DNA of 64,000 bases from Amoebidium appalachense (GCA_963693365.1 CAVNZM010000009.1:8909408-8973407); one strand, 5' to 3'. Shown: positions 13,252 to 63,750, counted from the stretch's first letter. Numbers and translations are program-made. Notes: a model not told the origin generated them from the letters alone.

Positions 13252-14461
13252 GGCCCCCACTGCCCTGGGCGCCCGCCCCAATTCCCTTTAACCTTACCCT
13301 ACAGTCCCTCAGGCCGCAATTGAATACCCACATTATACCTCCATACACCCCACCGTTAAAAGGAACAAAAATACCAAAGAAATTAAAACGGAAAAGGCAG
13401 CAATAATAGGGAGTGTTTAAGGATGCCATAGAAGAAAATCGAATAGGTTGAAGATGAGAAAAGTGAATTGAGGTCTAGTCACATTGTTTGTTCTGTTGGT
13501 GTATACAGATTGCATTCTGGTTATCTTCTACCCTGTATGCCAAAGCTTGTTCCGCCTGTAAATCCGGGCATGACAAAATGTGATGAATATCTTTGCAAAT
13601 TTTTTTTTATAATGACTTTATTGATATGCTCAGCAAAATAGAAGCCATCGTGCAAAATTCTGCTTTTTTCACATGTATATCACAATACTATCCATCTAAC
13701 ACCACGAATATTTTCACATGTATATCACAATACTATCCATCTAACACCACCAATATTTTCACATGTATATCACAATACTATCCATCTAACACCACCAATA
13801 TTTTCACATGTATATCACAATACTATCCATCTAACACCACCAATATTTTCACATGCATATCGCAATACTATCCATCTAACACCACCAATATTTTCACATT
13901 TTGCAGACAGGGGCCGTATATGCCACTGCCTGCCGGGAAATGTCAGTGTGATCAAAAACCTCAACCGCTCCTCCGGCGAAACAGTCGACGGGGCACACGT
14001 TGAATGTTCCGTTTGTGCACGCGAATATCTCCGTGTATCTGTCCATTTATCCAAAAATCAAGATAAGATCGACGTGCAAATTCGTTATCTCGAAAATTGC
14101 CACCGGTTCTGCGCCCATCTGGGGGACTTTGTCCTTCAACAGACCCTACCGGAGATATACAACACTGACGGAAAACCAACAGCCGTAATTTTCCGAAGAT
14201 GGCTCCCTAAACTCTTTGTTCTTCCGCGAAATATCGACACGTATATCAAACAATTACGGCGGGCTCCGGGTTCTCCACCATCGGATAACGTTTTGAAGCA
14301 GCGGCTGGCCGTGAGGATGGCCCGGGCAGTCGATTATGCCCACTCGATGGGGTGGACCATGGGTCGTGGCCTGAAGGTACGGAACTTCCCCCCCCCTCCC
14401 CCCCCCCCCCCCCCCCCCCCTCCTCCTCCTCCCTCCCCCCTCCCCGTTACACATCCCCCCT

Positions 14462-14493
<32 letters not shown>

Positions 14494-15601
14494 CGCCTCC
14501 CCCCGGCCCCTCTCTCCCCGTAACACATCCCCCCCCCCCCCCCCCCCCTCCCCTCCCGTCTCCGCTTATGAGACCGTAGGAGTTTCTCTTCTCTTCTTTC
14601 TCTCTCTCTTTTTCTTTTCTTTTTTTTTTTTCTTTGCATGGGTGATTTTTTTTGAAGAGGGGGGGGGGGGGGGGGGGGGGTAGCATGTGTGCATGCATAT
14701 TCATGCCTACGAGTGAGTAGGTGAATGCAGACTTGTCTCTGTAGTTACATCGCTACATCACATCATAGAAAAGCTTCCGCCAAATGATTCATCATTGCAC
14801 AAGAAATAATTCCTAATCAAGCCCCCCCCCCCCCCCCCCCCCCCCCCAATAATTTGCCCCCCCCTGCTCGACTCCTTCCTCCCTTTGCCCACAGGCACGC
14901 TAATTTAACCCATCACCGCACTTTTCAGCGCAAGAAAATGTGTAATGCACACATGCACATGCACACACACACGCACGCACGCAAGCACGCACGCACGCAA
15001 GCACGCACACACGCACACACACGCACACACACCCACGTACACACACACACACACACACCCATCCCCCCACCCTCCACAAACACACACATGCCCCCCCCCC
15101 CCCCCCCACACACACACACCCCTCCGCCCCACACACACACACACACAGATGGGGTTCTCTGCGGATGGTCTAGGGTGCAACATCTACCTAAACCCAGCAT
15201 TCAGCCCGTCGGGCCCCAACAAGCTCCTAATGAACCCCACCCAGAGCACAAACAGCACTGAATTTACCGCGGCACGGAAAAAGGACTACTTCCTATTGGC
15301 TCTCTGTGTTTTGGAACTATGGACGAAGGTGGAATTGGATGTGAAATATTGGGATCAAACCGTTCAGATTACATATGGAGAACTCACGAATGCGCGAAAA
15401 CATTTCAAAAATCGGGAGGGAGCGAACGGAGCGCACACAGATCTTGAATTGATGACGGATATGAGCGATACGTTTGCAAAGAGCCTGTGTTTCCTAATGA
15501 GGGGGAACAACAACATAGATAAGCCCGCCGCTGAAATTCTGAACATGCAGAAGCAGGCGGAGAGGAGGTGTCCTAACCGCAACAGGCCTAATAATCGCTG
15601 A
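11485..15601 (+). CDS. Spliced protein-kinase-like (probable pseudokinase) gene; exons 11485-11521, 12402-12461, [12611-12704 optional], 13907/13911-14376, 15149-15601
   Basis: Phase-compatible GT-AG exons. Kinase-like segments RLAVRMARAVDYAHSMGW (VIa), GLK…NIYL (VIb without HRD), KKDYFLLALCVLELWT (IX). The 5' exons are less certain. Confidence 0.6.
11541..11686 (+). mobile_element. Poly(C)-associated retroelement, subfamily A, 5'-truncated copy
   Basis: Matches the 3' end of 56117-56775; poly(C) on both sides. Confidence 0.85.
12501..13213 (+). mobile_element. Three copies of poly(C)-associated retroelement subfamily B (12501-12601, 12774-13040, 13147-13213)
   Basis: Shared 3' end gtacttcgtac…ccgcattcaa(a) followed by poly(C). 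12774-12950 is homologous to subfamily A. Confidence 0.85.
13666..13899 (+). repeat. 45-bp minisatellite, ~5.2 copies, at the intron 3' end
   Basis: Unit ttttcacatgtatatcacaatactatccatctaacaccaccaata. Confidence 0.95.
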
Positions 15602-15870
15602 TGTGTTATTGGTTGGTGTGTGATGATGGTATAGGGTGGAGGGTGTGTAGTGTCTGTTGCCCGTTCCTCTTTTGTGTAAGTGTTTTCTCTTTTTAACGGC
15701 CACCTCCAAGCTGAGGGCACCTTCTTTTTCCTTTTTCCTTTCCTTTTCTTTTTTTTCCTTTTCTTTACCTCCTTTTTTTTTTTTTTTTTTTTTTTTTTGG
15801 CGAGGGCCGCACAAGGAGGAGGGGGGAAGGGGGGGGGGGGGGGGGGGGGGGGGGGGAAGGAAGAGAGGAA

Positions 15871-15904
<34 letters not shown>

Positions 15905-16687
15905 GCATGTAGGGGCGAGCCTATATACATGCAAAGCGAGGGTTCAGACTGAATTACATGTATGTATTAGGGTGGTTATATAGGCTCGCACACACAAAGT
16001 AGTTGGCACGAAGGCACAAAATAATCACGTGACGTTGTATGCAGTAGTATGGCGGAGCATATAGTGGCAAGAAGAGTATAAATATGCCGAATCGAAGGCA
16101 TGTTTTTACGATCACAGGGTGCAATATCCTATGTAGTGATTTTTGTTTGGCACTAGCAAGAGTGTACGTACAGTTTTGCTCCTTCAGCGATGAATGTCAA
16201 ATGAGTTGTGTGCTCTTATACCGTTTTCTTTTTGCAGGTTCTTGGATTCTTTGATGTGAATATGGTGATATTGCCTTATGTATTATTGAGCTTGAGCTTA
16301 GCCCAGAAACAAATGCTTGTGAATATTCAGATGTCGTTGAATTGAATTTCTTTTCTTTTTCGTTCTGAGATTGAAGTCAGTGGCGCGAAACGTTGGCCGA
16401 CACGATCGATTTTGGAATTGTCCTCCTGGAGTCTCTTACCATATTCTTGGCCCCTCCGACCATGCATACCAAATTACACACTTGTCACCACTTCTCGCAC
16501 ACGTGGTAAATATGTATACACACGGTAACATTGCCCGTGCACATGCGAGCGCGCACACACATTTCAAGCAAATGTTTCCGTATTTTTGTGCACGTGCACG
16601 CAGTGGTTGCATGTGACGATGTGTGTGCGTCCGCATGTCACGTATACACTGTGTGTACACGCGTACGCGGGCGCGCACGTGTGTGTG

Positions 16688-16740
<53 letters not shown>

Positions 16741-17349
16741 GGATAATCACATAACAGCAAAATGAATACCGCCCAGGCCGCTTGCATTTATCCCTCGTGT
16801 ACGTACATATCACATTGCATGCAGCCGGCCAATTGAACACTGCTGTGTTGTAAATACAATAACAATTATTTGAATGTCTACATACAGAATCTCGTTTCCA
16901 CACAGGCCACACACATTTACACGCCATATAAGACATCTTGCTACTGCCTTCGAGCAATAATCAAAATACATACACGCGAGCCTCAATTGTAAATGCAAGA
17001 TACATACACCTGATCATGTGATGACTATCAGCAAACAGTTGCATTCTCGAAACACGAAAAAAAAAGTAGGTATATCACTCAGGAACCTTCGAATTCGAAT
17101 ATCAACATCATCCGGTCTGGCACACCTATTCCCTTCCACCGTACAAGAGTTAAAAAACAACTTAACCATAATCACACCATCTATAAATACCAATAACATG
17201 TCACCTGGTGCCGTAGCGAAACCAATCATTTACAAGATAAATGCTTCAAAAAAAAAACAAACAAAAAAAAAAAAAAAAAACAAACAAAAAAAACAAAACG
17301 GATGAAAGCCACCATCAAACCACCATCACCACCCACCTGCACAGTCTTC

Positions 17350-18445
17350 TCACCCAGCCAGTTTCACGTACACACCCACATACAGCGTAATCTCCCCATT
17401 CGTCTTCTCCTTCAATTTCCCCACCGCCTCCTTCGTCGGTGCGAATACAAACCGGCACGACTCCGACATACTCCGAAAATAGTCCGAGTGGTGCAAAAAC
17501 TGCGGTCTCTGCTTGAAAGGCATTCCTTTCCACTGCATGCCAACCGCACACACATAAGTACTGTGCGCAGAGTCAACCACGCGATATTTCGGACGCACGT
17601 GCACCACGAAATTATCCGTATCACGTGCCTTAGCAAATTCGCAGTACACCAACCAATCAAAACCACAGCTGCTGAATTCCATCCGATCCGTCTTCTGCCC
17701 GCTGAAAGTTTCCGGAAAGGTAATTTTTGCTTCCAAACGATTGGTCAATCGGGGCACCATCCACGACTTGGGGCATTCGATTGGTTCCTTTGCCGCCGAT
17801 TCCGTCCTCGTTCTCTGCAGCACCCGCACGAGCATCCTGTAACCCTTTTTATCCAAAACATCCGCTTTGCATACCTCAGCAAATTCTTCGCTCGACATCA
17901 ACGGATACCTGACACATTCCGCCACTTCCTGGAATTTCTCGCCGGTACTTTTGCACCATTCCATCGCCGCACGGAAGAACACAATCTCTTTCGCATCGGC
18001 ATAATCATGCGAAAGTAGAAGTTTCATCGCTCCTGCCGGAAGTCTGTGCAAAATTTCCTTATCCTCCAATACAAATGACGCATTCGCTAGTACCAAATCC
18101 GTGCAATAGTTTCTGACTTTTGCATTTGAGCAAAACAGTGGAACGTGGCCTGTCGGGCCCTTGTCACCCTTTTCGTTCTCTTTCTCTCTTTTCGCTCGTT
18201 TTGGTGTCGACTCCACCGTTTTCCTACCACGTTTTCTTTTCTCTGGTTCTTTCGCCGTACCCTTTTCCTTTTCGCTCTTTTCTTCATTTTCTTCGTTTTC
18301 ACTCTCGTTTTCCTCCTCCCCTGTTTTTTCTTCCGCTTGGAGTGAGCCGAGAAAAATGCGAATAAGAAGGTCCTGGTTGTCTGTGTATGTCAGCCGGGAG
18401 TCGAAAAGCTCTTTGACAAGCCGAGATTCGAACTGCTCCATGCAG

Positions 18446-18487
<42 letters not shown>

Positions 18488-18499
18488 GTGTGTGTGCTC

Positions 18500-18561
<62 letters not shown>

Positions 18562-19483
18562 CACGCGTGTGCGTGTGCCTGTGTAGGTAGGTTTAGGAAG
18601 TGTGGAAGGAGGCAAGAAATGTGTCAGTGCTGCAAGAAACGGACAGTTTTGTTCGTCCGAAAGGCTTCGACCTTAGAGATGGTTAAGGTTTCATGACAAT
18701 ACAGGAACGAATAACATAACAAGAAAGGCACAGGCGTCACAAGAGAATTATCCCCCCCCCCCCCCCCCCCCCGGGTCCGGCTCTATCAATTAGCAAACAA
18801 AATGTGTGTATGTGTGCCAGTAGTGTACATACATTCCTATGAGTATACTGTCGGTGTCGTTTGGCAGGGGTGGTCGGAAAGTAGAATGGCTGAGGGGAAG
18901 AGGGGCCCCGGTCTACCATGAAAAGGGGAAGTAGGGACACGGAAAGAGGGGGGGGGGGGGGGGGGGGGGGGCAATGTAAAGCTGTCTACGGTTAGAGGTA
19001 ACGGTGGGAAGAAGAAAGTGAGGTGGAGAAGGGGGCAGTGAGGAGGGGGGCACGGGCGACACTGGAATGAATGTGGAGTTGGAAACATCAAACAAACAAA
19101 TAAGCAACCAAACAAGCAAACAAACAAACAAAAGAAAGTCCAAGTGAAACACAAAAACAAAACCACGACACAACCCACAAAACACCAAAGGCAATGTGCT
19201 GTCGAAAATGCTTGAAAGCAGCACAAAGGCCTTCCCTTTATCAAAGGGCTCCTTCGTGTCATTCAAGCACGCAGAGAGAAATATGGCAAAAGGGGCACAC
19301 CGAGGAAAGGGGGTGGGAGATGGGGGGTACCCTGGGGAGGGGGGGAGGAGGGAGGGGCGAGGGGGGGGGGGGGGGGGGGGAGGGGGGAGGGGGAGAGAGA
19401 GAGGACAGGGAGAGGGAGGTATAGAGTGAGAGAAAGGTCCCGGGTGAGTGAGTAGATGTGTGTGCAGGCCCGGGTGCAGGCGG

Positions 19484-19536
<53 letters not shown>

Positions 19537-19691
19537 CTGTGTGTGTAGGTGTGCGTGTGTGCCTATGTGTGTGGTGTGTGTGTGTGTGTGTGTGTGTTCA
19601 CGCCCATGCCTGTGTGCATGGACGTGCATGCGCGCGTGTATGTCGTCTGCACATGCATGTGTGTTGTGTGTGTGTGTGAGTGAGCTTGGGG

Positions 19692-19738
<47 letters not shown>

Positions 19739-20499
19739 ATGCGGAACACAGTACGGAGTACAAGTACACAAAGAGAAACACAGTGCAGAACACAGGCAAA
19801 AGCAAACATTCAAGTGTGCAATATTTGCAACGCACGCAGTTTGCAAAATAGCAGAGCACATCCTCCGGGGGGGGGGGGGGGGGGGGGAGGGGGGGGAGGG
19901 GGGGAGGGGGGGGGGGGGTAGGGGCGGGGGGGGGAGGGGGAGGGAGAGGGGGGGGGGGGGGGGGGGGATGCGTACCCTATCAGCAGCGCTTATAAGCAGA
20001 ATGTGACTTTCCGGGTCGATATTCTCCAATGCGCCGTCATAGCACACTTGCAGCACCATATCCAGTATGCGGGGCTGTATGTCCGGTATCGTCACCGTGG
20101 TTGTGCGCTTTTCCAAAAAATCGGCCGTGCCAAGAAGTTTTTCCCAGTAGTCGCTGTTGCGTGCCTGAGAGGGGAATGGGTTAAAAGTGAGTAGATGTGA
20201 AAGGATATTGCTTGTCTTTTAGGTGAAGTGTGGAAGAAATGATGTGTTATGAGAAAAGGAAGTAAAACAAAACGCTAGAGAGATTTTTTTGTCTGAATGC
20301 GACTTCGTTTGTGTGGAAGACTCAGGAAGTCAGATAAAGAATGGAAACAACATATCAAGAAAAGCGTACCGGAGGCTGCAGGGAAAAGCCAATAGCGGTC
20401 CGCCTCAAAACAAGAAGCAGACAGGGGCCCATGACATGTGTTTTTTGAGTGGGGTTGTACAAGAAGCAAAGGAAGGACAGAGAGAGAGAAGAGAGAGAA

Positions 20500-20590
<91 letters not shown>

Positions 20591-20612
20591 CGAGAGAGCG
20601 AGAGAGCGAGAG

Positions 20613-20653
<41 letters not shown>

Positions 20654-20695
20654 AGGGAGAGCGAGAGAAAGAGAGAGAGAGAGAGAGAGAGCGAG

Positions 20696-20781
<86 letters not shown>

Positions 20782-20787
20782 AAGAGC

Positions 20788-20820
<33 letters not shown>

Positions 20821-21555
20821 GGGGGGAGAGAGAAAGAGAGAGAGAGAGAGAGGGAGAGGGGGGGGGGGGGGGAGGAGAGAGGGAGGTAGAGAGAGAGAGA
20901 GAGAGAGAGGAGGGGAGAGAGGAGAGGGCAACAGAAGAGGGAGGGAAAGTTGGACTAGGCAATTAACAACACGCACTTTATGGTCAAGTGAGTACAAAAA
21001 AGGACGTAAGAAAGCAGACATGTACAAACTGCAGCCCACAGGCACGTCTGTTTATAGTATGTTATAGTCTTTCACAAAACGAGAATAGCCCCTTCCGCCC
21101 CCCCCCCCCCCCCCCCCCCCCCCCCTCTATCTGCACCCAACCCAAACGTTTTTGTCTCTCTGTATAAGTTGCTCCTCCTTTTTAACCCTTCCACCCCCCT
21201 CCCCTCCTCCCTCCCGTCTGCCCCTCGCCCCCTCTAAACGTCCCTCAGCACCTTCTTACCTACACAGCCCCCCTCCCCCCTACACATCCCCGTCCCTCTC
21301 CCCCTCCCTTTCTTTCCTTCCTGCTCCAAATTCACCCAGTCAAGCACACATTCACCCACAAGAACCCTGCTTCTCTCGCCCGCAAGTCTTTCGTAAGGGG
21401 ATTAATTGACATACCATGATGGCCCTGTTGACCTGGAAAGTTTGTTTGGTTCCGTCTGGGGCCACGGCCACCAGTGTAACGTCAGCCATCTGGCCTGACT
21501 TATACATACTGGCCGTGCGAGCACGGGAGCTATCGTTCCTTACTCCTTCAGACAT
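17350..21555 (-). CDS. BTB/POZ-BACK protein with C-terminal MATH/TRAF-like beta domain, ~475 aa; exons 21555-21415, 20164-19976, 18447-17350
   Basis: Three phase-0 GT-AG exons. BTB motifs MADVTLV…[19 protein letters not shown]…[20 protein letters not shown]…[13 protein letters not shown] motifs [11 protein letters not shown]…[12 protein letters not shown]-terminal [12 protein letters not shown] resembles MATH. Acidic/basic insert with NLS-like KRKRGRK. Confidence 0.88.
19737..19866 (-). mobile_element. Diverged poly(C)-associated retroelement copy in BTB intron 2
   Basis: Reverse complement reads ggaggatgtgctctgct…cacttgaatgtttgc…gtactccgtactgtgttccgcattc; flanked by poly(G) on both sides on the + strand. 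Confidence 0.8.
20480..20910. repeat. (GA)n microsatellite complex in BTB intron 1
   Basis: Direct reading. Confidence 0.95.
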
Positions 21556-22745
21556 GATGGGTATCGGTAAAACAGAACAGAGAGAAGAAAGAGGGAGACA
21601 GAAGAAGAAAGGGGGAAGAAAAAAACAGAAGAGTTCAAAGGAAATGAGGTTCGGTTTCAGTTATCGAAAACTCCTAGAAACAACATGCCTTTGCTGCTTT
21701 TCAACCTCAGACACAAAACTGTCTGAGCTGTCTGAGCGACAGGGTGACTGAAAAAACATAAGCGATCGCAACACCCAACCAAAAACAATGTTAAACGAAT
21801 ACAATAGTTGTTTAACGTATTAAGTCATTGGATAAAAAAGCGATCTTGCATTTTGGCGGGAGACCCAGATTTTCATGCACATGCCCGCCGGTAGCCGCCA
21901 GACTCTGAGTGAACTGAGAGAGGGAGCTCGAGGCTCGGAGAGAGCCTGAGACAGAGTAGGAGGGAGAGAGGGAGAGTCAACGTTAGGGCCATATTACACA
22001 CGCCGCATATTATGGTTTTTTCGGAGGACAGTCGTTGTTATTGTTAGAACAGAAAATTAGGACTTCATTTAGGAGGAATATTGTCCGCACAGACGTATTT
22101 TTGTGTCGCCCACACCCCCAGCTTTTAATTGCAGAGAAAAAGAGGTCTGCAGAGAGGTATATGGGATTTGGGTTGGTAATACGCATGGGTTATAAAGGCA
22201 GCGTAAATGGATTGTGAGGTATAGCCCAAATCTCCGGCTTTACAAGGCGCTCTTGAGGTAAGTTTGTCCTTAAAGCTTTGCTGTGTTCTGTTTTGTTTCT
22301 TTCTGTTTTGTTCTCTTGACGAATAGCTGAACAAGTGCTCTGTTTCCATTGCCGTGCATTACTAAAGTTGAATGGTCTTGGTGCATTCAAAGGGATGCAA
22401 CAACGGCAAAAGGGGTTTTTAACTCTTAAACTCTATATTTCACAGTGATAGTGTGCTTTTTAAGCAGGTGGCTTAAACCTGCTCTTGCTCAAAAATCACA
22501 ACCGTACCCCCTCCTTTCCTAACACATTTAGGCTTTTCTTTCTTCTCCCCCCCCCCCCCCCCCCCCCTCCCCTTTACCCCGTGCCCCCCGGCCATGTCTT
22601 TCTCCCCCTCCTCCATAACCCTTTGATAACCCCTTGGTTACGTTTGTTTTTTTTAGTTTGTGGCCTCTTTCTGTCCAAGTGCATTCTCGATCCACCCTCC
22701 CCTCCCCCCCCCCCCCCCCCCCCCCCCTCTCTGCCCTCCCATCCG

Positions 22746-23140
<395 letters not shown>

Positions 23141-23663
23141 CCCCCCCCCCCCCCCTTTCTCCCTCCCCCTCCCCCCCCCCCCTCTCTCTCTCTCCCCATC
23201 TACCTATCTTATCTCACTTTCTCCTCTTGTCTTCTTTGCTACCTCCCCCACCTCCCCTCTCCTCCCTCTATCACTCGCTCTCGATATAGATCTTCCCCCC
23301 CCCCCCCCCCTTCTGTCTCTCTCTCTTCTCTCCCTTCCACTCGCCTCCTCCACCCGCCTCCTTCCCCCCCCCCCCCCTCCCCCCTCCCCCCCTCCTCCCC
23401 CCCCTCCACCCTCCTCTCACTTGTTCTCAACCCCCCTCCCCTCCCCCCCCCCCCCCCCTCCCTCCCCCCCTTCCCCCACTTTCCTTCATTTCTTCCTGCT
23501 TCCTCCTACTCTCCCATGCACAAGTATACCGTAGCTACACGTGCCTCATCCTCACCCGTCTCCCCTCTGAAATACCCTACCACTCATTATTTCTATTTAT
23601 GCACTCCCTTCACAGCTGATTATTAATGAGTACTCTACATATGTCCCATGGTTATTTTCTTTG

Positions 23664-23698
<35 letters not shown>

Positions 23699-23809
23699 TT
23701 CCCCCAACTCTCCATTCACACACCCACCGTTGCTTTTTGCTCTCCCTTTATCCCATGGTTTGTGCTGTTTACTGCCTATTCACTGTCTCTCTCTGCCGAC
23801 GACCCCCCC

Positions 23810-23840
<31 letters not shown>

Positions 23841-23967
23841 AAAAAAATCCCCCCCCCCCCCCCCCCCCTCGTTCTCTCACCCCTCGCTCTCTACCTCCCC
23901 CCCCCCTCTCGCTCTACCCCCCCCCCCCCCCCCCCCCAGGCATGTTCCCCTGCAATTTTCACTTGTT

Positions 23968-23998
<31 letters not shown>

Positions 23999-24269
23999 AC
24001 CCACCCACCCTCCCACCCATCCATCATCCTCCCTATTCTGCATACGCTTTCTAGGTTTTTCTCTCCATGTCAGTCGGTGTTCCTTCTTTTCTGAATGCCA
24101 TGGTTTGATTTCCAAGCAGAAAAAAACAAAAACAAGAATCGATATTCTGTTTCTACCCACTGGACACTGTGATATCTTCTTCTTATCCACTATCATTCCT
24201 CGTGGTCCCATCATCGTTCCACAGGCTATCACGAATTCTTGACGGCAGCATTTACACACACGATCATCC

Positions 24270-24308
<39 letters not shown>

Positions 24309-24563
24309 ACCTACCACCACCACACAACTCCGAAAATTCCCTTCCCAGTGCAACCACTATTACCGCTGCTCTTTAATCACCACACTAACAACCATCCCCC
24401 CTCCCCCCTTCCCCCTTCCCTCCTCCCCCAAACACCTGTACCTTCCCCCCTCCCCCACCCTCCCCACCCTTCTAAAAAAAAACAACACCCCCCCCCCCCC
24501 CTCCCCTCCCGAACCAAAACAAACAAACAAACAAAAAAAGAAAAAACAGCCCCTCTACGCACC

Positions 24564-60413
<35,850 letters not shown>

Positions 60414-60739
60414 TTGTGCGTGTGTGCTTGTGTGTGTGTGTGTGCGCGCGCGCATGCGTGCATGTTTAGGCAGAGGGCAGAGGGAGGGAGAGGGGGGGGG
60501 GGGGGGGGGGGGGGGATAGTATGTGTATCCCAACTTTTAGATGAGTGAATCAGATGGGTTGAGATGCATGAAAGATATATGGCCATAGATACATGAAGAA
60601 ATCATTGGTGTAGGAGTTTCGGCGGTTTGCAAGTCATAATTCAGTATATATACTTGCGATTTTCGAGTTCGAAAGATGAAATTCACGCTATTTGGCTGCA
60701 ATTGCTGATCAATTAATTGATAGCAGTTTACGACACACA

Positions 60740-60778
<39 letters not shown>

Positions 60779-61308
60779 TTAGGCGGTTGACTCGAATGTA
60801 TTTCACAACATCGTCTTTGTTCGTTCATTTTGTTACGAATGTAATTTAACTCGTTCTTTCCTTTTGATTTAAAGAAAGAAAGAGGGTGTGTCTGGTAACA
60901 CGCCCGTAATAAAAATACCAAATTTCTTAATTTATAATCCGTTTTTGTAAAAGACTAGGTCCTGGGCACTTCAATGGGCCAGTCGGGTAGTGCTGTGAGA
61001 ATCGTGGCCCTAAGTATTGGGGGGGGGGGAGGGGGGGGGGGGGGGGGGGGGTTGTAAATGTAAATAGATTGAAGAGAGAAAGCTTCAAGTGAACACATCT
61101 GTACAGCAAAAATGTGCCAACTTTTCTAAATCCCCCCTCTCTTACCCAAATTATTCACCATATCTGCATCACAGCCTTGAACAGCACCACACATGGCATT
61201 GTTCAGTGACTGAATGCCTGGAGGGGGGAGGGGGGGGGGGGGGGTTGATGACTTTTCAAACCCGGTGTGTTTTCAACTTGACGTTTCATGAAAGTTTCGG
61301 GAAGCCCT

Positions 61309-61342
<34 letters not shown>

Positions 61343-61909
61343 GCATTCATGGAGCGATTGACTGTTCAGCAACTGTTTTGGGCAACCCGTCGACCCTTTA
61401 GTTGAGCGAGGCAGTCGTAAAGACGCTGCCACGCTCTTCAGGGGAAGTCGCATGCTGCAGTGCCGCCACATTGGCCGTGTGTATTTGTATGTGCGATCAC
61501 CCAGCCATTGGAGGCAAATATGGGTGGTGATAAAATACAAAGGTGTGTTTGTGATTGTGGGACAGGATGTGAGAGCTCATTATGTATATCGGGCCATTAC
61601 CACTTTTGAGCATCATAGTATATCCGGATATGCACATCATGATGATGCACACACCAATCGGAATTTAGTATGTATTCAAGTCTGTCAAACCCTTTTTTTT
61701 TTTCAAAACGCAGAGACCCAAGAGTGCTGCTATTACCCCCCCGTAAATGTGTGTGTTGCTTGCAGATGGATTTGGATTGAGATAGTTAGACCAATATTAA
61801 TGTGTGTGTTTGTGCCTGGTTGTCTATGTCAGGCATGTATATACGAGCTGGCGGCTGGGTGTCTGTGCATTCCAGTTATTGCCATATGCGCATGCACCGT
61901 TTGTTTTGG

Positions 61910-61961
<52 letters not shown>

Positions 61962-62220
61962 TTTATCACTTGCATTGCTTTTCTAGTAAAAAAAGTAATG
62001 TTTGCTTGAAATTGTCACGTTTTGTTTGTTTTTTTGTTTTTTCCCGGCACTGTACTTTTTATTTTAGAAACATTACTACTCCTTCTGTTCCCGCAGGAGA
62101 CCCCTTGGGGTTACGCCTCTTCCACACAGCACCGACTACACTCTATTTAGGGTGCTCACGGTGCAATCAGCTAATAATGGTCACTTACTTTTTCTTTTTC
62201 TTTCCCCCCCCCCCCCCTCC

Positions 62221-62281
<61 letters not shown>

Positions 62282-62620
62282 TGACTTAAGCAAATTACAT
62301 GGACGACCCAGTGATATCGTAAACTCGCTGAGTGTGGAAACATGGTTTGATGCCACAAGGAGCATCATATGTGTTGTTATGTGGTCGTCAGGCACTAAGG
62401 AGCAATGCCGTCTAAGTCAAAATTAAAGCTTCGTGTACTTGATTGTGGGTCCGAAAGCATCATCGGACCTAGAAAACATGTGAAACACATCATTTTTTTC
62501 CTCTGCAATGATCGAGTTTAACCTGAGAGGATAAACCGTTTGCGCCGTATTTGTACCATCCAACTGCCAACAGCAAACCAGCCCGTTATACAATGTGCAC
62601 GTCCGCGAGGAAGATTCTAC

Positions 62621-62655
<35 letters not shown>

Positions 62656-62728
62656 GGGGGGGGGGGTGTAGACGGAATATTAGGAAAATTAGTGTCCGGG
62701 GGCGATGGTCGTCCCCATAACCTCTTGT

Positions 62729-62796
<68 letters not shown>

Positions 62797-62905
62797 GGGG
62801 TACTGGGAGAGGTGGGCCGGGTGTGTGTGCACGTGTGTGTGTGTGTGTGTGTGTGTGTACCGGGTGGGGGAGGGGGGGGGGGGGGGGGGGGCCGGGGGGG
62901 ACTGA

Positions 62906-62938
<33 letters not shown>

Positions 62939-63269
62939 GGGCAAGTGTCCAACAGCCGTTTGGAAAGAGAGATACATAATGGTGTAATGCTTCCGAACTT
63001 GATTTAGGGGGGACACACGCGTCTAACCTGAAGTGAACTGGGTTGGGGTGGGTGGGGGTGTGGGTGGAGGGGGGGAGGGAGGGGGGGAGCATGTTAAGCT
63101 TAGGTTTACACCCTTACTTCCACTTAAAAGCATCTGAATACTGCACCATCACACGATCATGGTGTACACGTCCACAGCACACATATTGGTGGGGACACAG
63201 TTAACGTCGCCAGTAAAGGAAACATCAACTACAGCGTCTGTCGTTGCCGGGGCACCCCCCCCCTAGCTC

Positions 63270-63416
63270 TTACACCCACACCTACACACACCCACACACA
63301 CACACACACACTCACGCACACAAACACACACACACGCGCGCGCGTGCACACACACACACAAGCACACACACGTGCGCGCGCACACACACATACATACACA
63401 CACACACACAGGCATG

Positions 63417-63485
<69 letters not shown>

Positions 63486-63633
63486 GCGCGCACACACACA
63501 CGCACACACACATGCACACACACACACACACAGGCACACGCGCGCGCACACACACATCCACACACACACACACACACATACACGCACACGCGCACACACA
63601 CACACACACACACACGCAGAAACACACACACAT

Positions 63634-63708
<75 letters not shown>

Positions 63709-63750
63709 CAGACACACACAAACCAACACACACACACACACACACACACC
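63270..63750. repeat. Compound (CA)n/(CG) microsatellite
   Basis: Direct reading. Confidence 0.95.

Noticed and set aside
13666-13899. CRISPR-like regular repeat
   Set aside because: Units are contiguous with no unique spacers, there are no cas genes, and it lies in a eukaryotic intron; it is a minisatellite.
16360-16400. Hammerhead-like cgaaacgttgg
   Set aside because: No valid CUGANGA core or stems upstream.
17302-18018. 238-aa plus-strand ORF
   Set aside because: Antisense shadow of the BTB-BACK last exon.
21985-22480. Second PIF-like end (tta gggccatattac)
   Set aside because: No matching inverted end found.
60900-62620. Possible exons or TE remnants downstream of Nup205
   Set aside because: Complex-sequence patches, but no recognisable motif or phase-consistent exon chain.
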